Shown here piece by piece: positions 60,414 through 64,000 of a stretch of 64,000 nucleotides of DNA. Under the pieces are notes generated by a model. The model ran no database searches. It was given only the letters and a program-made list of their open reading frames with translations, and was not told where the DNA came from. The stretch spans positions 2,305,098 to 2,369,097 of the forward strand of contig OZ244779.1 in assembly GCA_965219575.1 (NCBI GenBank), given 5' to 3'. Each line of letters starts with the position of its first letter. Positions within the stretch are counted from its first letter, which is position 1. A program made the translations under genes and the position numbers. This stretch comes from Candidatus Oxydemutatoraceae bacterium (GTDB taxonomy: Bacteria; Pseudomonadota; Gammaproteobacteria; Poriferisulfidales; Oxydemutatoraceae).

Positions 60414-60630
60414 AGAATTATCAAAACTTAAAATTGCACAAATAAACTACATGGTTCGGTATTATACCTTAGGGTAAAATGGTCTCTATCGCAAAATTAT
60501 AAATCGGAACCGAGGGCTTTAATCCGATATTGTGTCGCTACCCACCTCGCGTACTCGACTATACATTGTATAATAGACCACTGATGTATCGTAGTCACCG
60601 GGGTACATCGTTTCAATATCTATTTTTAAT

Positions 60631-61380
60631 ATGTTTAGCAAAAAATTCGTACAAGGCACGGTTATAGAAAACAAGCACTGGACGGAGCGATTATACTCGT
60701 TGAAGGTGGATGCCGAAATTCAAACCTTTTTGCCGGGTCAATTCGGACGTCTGGGCTTAGAGCTTGAAGGAGAAGAAATTGCTCGTCCGTATTCTTTTGT
60801 CAATGCACCGACCGAACCTTATCTGGAGTTTTACTCGATCATAGTGCCCGAGGGGCACTTGTCGTCTTGTTTGCACCGATTGCAATCGGGTGCTAAAGTG
60901 TGGGTCGCCGCTTCGCCTTCGGGGTTTTTCACATTGAACGAAATTCCCGAAGGACGCGAGCTTTGGATGCTCTCTACGGGCACCGCTTTAGGGCCTTTCC
61001 TTTCAATATTAAAAACAGATGAGCCGTGGCAACGTTTCGATAAAATTGTGTTAGTGCACGCAGTGCGCACCGAAGAGGAACTTACTTATAAAGAAACGAT
61101 TGCGGCTTTTAAGCGACGTTCCCCCGACCGATTTACAATGATACCTTTTGTCAGCCGAGAACGGACATCGTATGCATTGCCGGGGCGTATACCCGCTGCG
61201 ATTGAAAACGGCACTCTGGAGGAACGAGCCGATACGCCACTGGTTATTGAGAGTTCTCAAGTGATGATTTGCGGCAATCCCGATATGGTGAGCGATACCA
61301 CCGATGTATTAAAAAACAGAGGTTTTACCAAAAACAGACGCCGAAATCCGGGCAATATCACAACCGAAAATTACTGGTAG
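60631..61380 (+). CDS. fpr: Ferredoxin--NADP+ reductase (bacterial type)
   Basis: PGQF, RPYS, G.LS..L, STGTALGPF, MICGNP.M and C-terminal ENYW. Confidence 0.95.
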   Translation: MFSKKFVQGTVIENKHWTERLYSLKVDAEIQTFLPGQFGRLGLELEGEEIARPYSFVNAPTEPYLEFYSIIVPEGHLSSCLHRLQSGAKVWVAASPSGFFTLNEIPEGRELWMLSTGTALGPFLSILKTDEPWQRFDKIVLVHAVRTEEELTYKETIAAFKRRSPDRFTMIPFVSRERTSYALPGRIPAAIENGTLEERADTPLVIESSQVMICGNPDMVSDTTDVLKNRGFTKNRRRNPGNITTENYW

Positions 61381-62279
61381 TGTTCGGGTGATATCTGTTC
61401 AATACGATTTTTGATGATACCGATTTTTTCTACTTCGCACTCTACGATATCACCGGGGCGAAGGTATTGCGGAGGCTTTCTCACATAACCGACACCGCTA
61501 GGCGTACCGGTCGCAATCACGGTGCCCGGTTGCAAAGCTATAATCTTGGATATAGCCGAGATAACGGTGGCAACATCAAAAATCTGACTTGCCGTTGTGT
61601 CGTCTTGCTTAATAACTCCGTTTACACGACTTCGCACGAAAAGTGATTGCACATCACCGATGTCGGCAGCGGTCGCTATGCAGGGACCCATCGGACAACT
61701 GCCCGGTAGGCTTTTGCCCAAAAAAAACTGCCGATGCCGTTTTTGCAAATCCCTGGCCGATATATCGTTAATTACGGTATAGCCGAACACATAATCTAGG
61801 GCTTTTTCTCTATTTACTTTGTGAGCGGTTTGTCCTATCACGACTGCCAATTCGGCTTCCCAGTCTATTTTTTCGGAAACTTCGGCATCGTAAGGAATGT
61901 TATCGTGAGGACCGATCACCGTAGAAACATCTTTGGTGAACACGATAGGATACTGGGGCAAATCTTTCTGTACAAGCGTATTGCCTCGGGTTTCCTTGAC
62001 ATGATCGGAATAGTTCCAACCCAAACACATGATGTTGCAAGGCGGACGAGGAATAGGTGCCTGCAACTTTTGCAATTCTACTTTTACTTTCGCACATCGA
62101 GGAACACCTTCAACCCATTCGGCCAAATGTGCTAAGCCTTGGAAACCTGCCTTAATCAGCGATAACATATCGGTATAGGGTCCGGACCAATCAGGATCCA
62201 GTGTAGGTAGAAAAACCTCCTTATCCACCAATACACCGATATGCGATGTTTGTTTATAGCAATAATTAACCAGTTTCAT
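61371..62279 (-). CDS. Fumarylacetoacetate hydrolase family protein
   Basis: C.G.NY.DH..E, DWEAELAVVIG, NDISARDLQ, GKS, TGTPSGVG and L.PGD.VE motifs. Confidence 0.93.
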   Translation of the reverse strand: MKLVNYCYKQTSHIGVLVDKEVFLPTLDPDWSGPYTDMLSLIKAGFQGLAHLAEWVEGVPRCAKVKVELQKLQAPIPRPPCNIMCLGWNYSDHVKETRGNTLVQKDLPQYPIVFTKDVSTVIGPHDNIPYDAEVSEKIDWEAELAVVIGQTAHKVNREKALDYVFGYTVINDISARDLQKRHRQFFLGKSLPGSCPMGPCIATAADIGDVQSLFVRSRVNGVIKQDDTTASQIFDVATVISAISKIIALQPGTVIATGTPSGVGYVRKPPQYLRPGDIVECEVEKIGIIKNRIEQISPEHYQ

Positions 62280-62337
62280 TTTTTATTTGAACGCAGGGAT
62301 GCAATATTGAAATTCAGACAATAAATAAAGTTCATCT

Positions 62338-63384
62338 TCAATCTAATAATGTCGAATAATGGCTATGATGTCTTTTTAATAAATCCTTTCGAGGGATCGG
62401 CATACCGTGGTCCGAGGAATTCCTACCCATAGAAAAATTTTTAACGAGCCATCTCCCGTCCAATGCGGCAATTTTGATTGAAGGATTTAAGAATCTTGTC
62501 ACATCTACAAAACCGGAACCCGTTGTATATACAAAATTAGCTTTTGCCAATATCAGCATGTCTATAAAAGCATCTGTTTTTTGATTACCTATGTGATCTA
62601 ACTCACGATGAAGCGTGCGGCTATCGTATGAACGTTTAATATCTCTTGCAAATACTCTCTCGGGAAATGCACTATACATTGTGTCGATGAATTGCGCTTG
62701 ATCCGAGCAAGCAAAAATACTACACCAATCATCTAATACTTTTTTCAAATAAACGATATACGTATCAATCTCTAAATATCTATCTATGCACTTAGTCTTT
62801 ATGTCCGTTCCACGATAGTGAACCGCCACCCAATCACCTTTAATACGGTTGTTAAACCATTCGTCGGCACTTTCTATTAATTGCTTTTTAATCGGCATCT
62901 TTTGCAGTATCTTATAACCGTATTCGGAATGAACATACATCTCTCCGACCCAAACGATATCTGCTTTCCCGGCATAAAATTCTTTGCCGTATTCAAAATC
63001 ACTTTCGTCGTATTTAGATAGATTATTAATTATTATATTATTTTCGAAAAAGTCGGATAAGCCCTCAATCTTCAGATTGACTTGCATCTTTTCACATAAC
63101 CATGCCGTAGCTATTACACCGTAGAATATATTCGCTATACTCTTAAAAGGACGACCACATAAAACAAGGTGTTTTGTCTCTATAAATTCTTTGCGATACG
63201 AAGCAATATAATGCCTGGACTTTCTATAGCTATTCCAAAAGAAAGCTGTCGATTCCGATGATAATATTTTACATCTTAAATATTTCCGTCGGGCAGCACA
63301 ACTGTATCCGCAACTATAAACGATAAGCACCTCCAGCTTTACTATATGCCATAACAATAAAATATTTCGCATCTTTAGCCTCAT
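62338..63384 (-). CDS. NodZ/O-fucosyltransferase-like GDP-fucose glycosyltransferase
   Basis: VAVHYRGTD (motif I), IFACSDQ (motif II) and DAFIDMLILAKA....SGF (motif III). Confidence 0.75.
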   Translation of the reverse strand: MRLKMRNILLLWHIVKLEVLIVYSCGYSCAARRKYLRCKILSSESTAFFWNSYRKSRHYIASYRKEFIETKHLVLCGRPFKSIANIFYGVIATAWLCEKMQVNLKIEGLSDFFENNIIINNLSKYDESDFEYGKEFYAGKADIVWVGEMYVHSEYGYKILQKMPIKKQLIESADEWFNNRIKGDWVAVHYRGTDIKTKCIDRYLEIDTYIVYLKKVLDDWCSIFACSDQAQFIDTMYSAFPERVFARDIKRSYDSRTLHRELDHIGNQKTDAFIDMLILAKANFVYTTGSGFVDVTRFLNPSIKIAALDGRWLVKNFSMGRNSSDHGMPIPRKDLLKRHHSHYSTLLD

Positions 63385-63388
63385 ACTA

Positions 63389-64000
63389 TTAAAAATAACC
63401 GGTCTTTCTGTATTGCTTGACTAGGTGTTTGAATAAATCCTCCTTGGGGATAGATGCGCCATTCGCGGCACTTCTGCCTATACAAAATCTTTTGACAAGC
63501 CATCTCCCGTCTAAGGAAACAATCTTGATTGAAGGATTTAAGAATCTTAGCGTATCTATAAAACCCGAACCCGTTGCGTACACGAGATTAGCCTTTGCCA
63601 AAACCAACATATCTATTAAAGCGTCTTTTTTTTGTTGAACACCTATATATTCCGGGTCGGTGTGCAGTAAGCGATCATTGTAAGAGCGTTGAATATCTCT
63701 AGCGAATACCTTGGCGGGAAATGCGATACGCATTCTGTCGATAAATTGCACCTGATCCGAACAGGCAAAAATACTGTTTTCGCCACCCAATACCTCTCTC
63801 AGATAAGTGATGTAATCATTAATTTTAATATATCTATATTTAAATTTCTTCTTGACGTCCGTTCCACGATAATGTACCGCTCCCCAATTCCCTTTAATAT
63901 GATTATCAAACCATTCGTCGGCGCATCGTTCAAGCTCCCTGTTCATCCGTATTTTTTGTGTTATTTTGTATCCGTATTCGGAGCGTATATAGACTGCTCC
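63389..64000 (-). CDS. Second NodZ/O-fucosyltransferase-like paralogue (5' end outside the window)
   Basis: The frame stays open to the window edge (GAVYIRSEYGYKITQK, compare GEMYVHSEYGYKILQK in the neighbour); same HYRGTD, SDQ and DML.LAK motifs. Confidence 0.75.
   Translation of the reverse strand, partial: GAVYIRSEYGYKITQKIRMNRELERCADEWFDNHIKGNWGAVHYRGTDVKKKFKYRYIKINDYITYLREVLGGENSIFACSDQVQFIDRMRIAFPAKVFARDIQRSYNDRLLHTDPEYIGVQQKKDALIDMLVLAKANLVYATGSGFIDTLRFLNPSIKIVSLDGRWLVKRFCIGRSAANGASIPKEDLFKHLVKQYRKTGYF

Overview
A 64-kb window of a gammaproteobacterial chromosome; the gene content and tandem glycosyltransferase/sulfatase expansions suggest a host-associated marine lineage, but that is inference. 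The housekeeping backbone is hflX, mutT-thiE fusion, argJ, secA, lpxC, kdkA, waaA, tolC, thiC, comM, ubiK, nadA, selD/mnmH, glyQS, ribF, ileS, glmSU and fpr. Accessory DNA includes: a type I R-M locus with a two-gene cassette flanked by direct repeats; a DdeI-like type II R-M pair; an MNIO (DUF692)/DUF2063/DoxX RiPP-maturation trio with no adjacent precursor; a microhomology-bounded tandem duplication that created a glyQ-mnmH chimera and two diverged GT25 genes; an intact IS1595 nested in an IS3 end; three mosaic sulfatase-LamG paralogues; and two NodZ-like fucosyltransferases. Intergenic DNA holds several nested families of short palindromic repeats (REP-like and MITE-like). The strongest signal is an IS110 element (23126-24450) inserted into a REP palindrome at a duplicated CA core. 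Its non-coding end contains a readable bridge RNA whose two loops match the REP target and the element's own circle junction, and that junction rebuilds a TTGATT-N17-TATATT promoter. All family assignments come from motif recognition by eye; no database searches were run.
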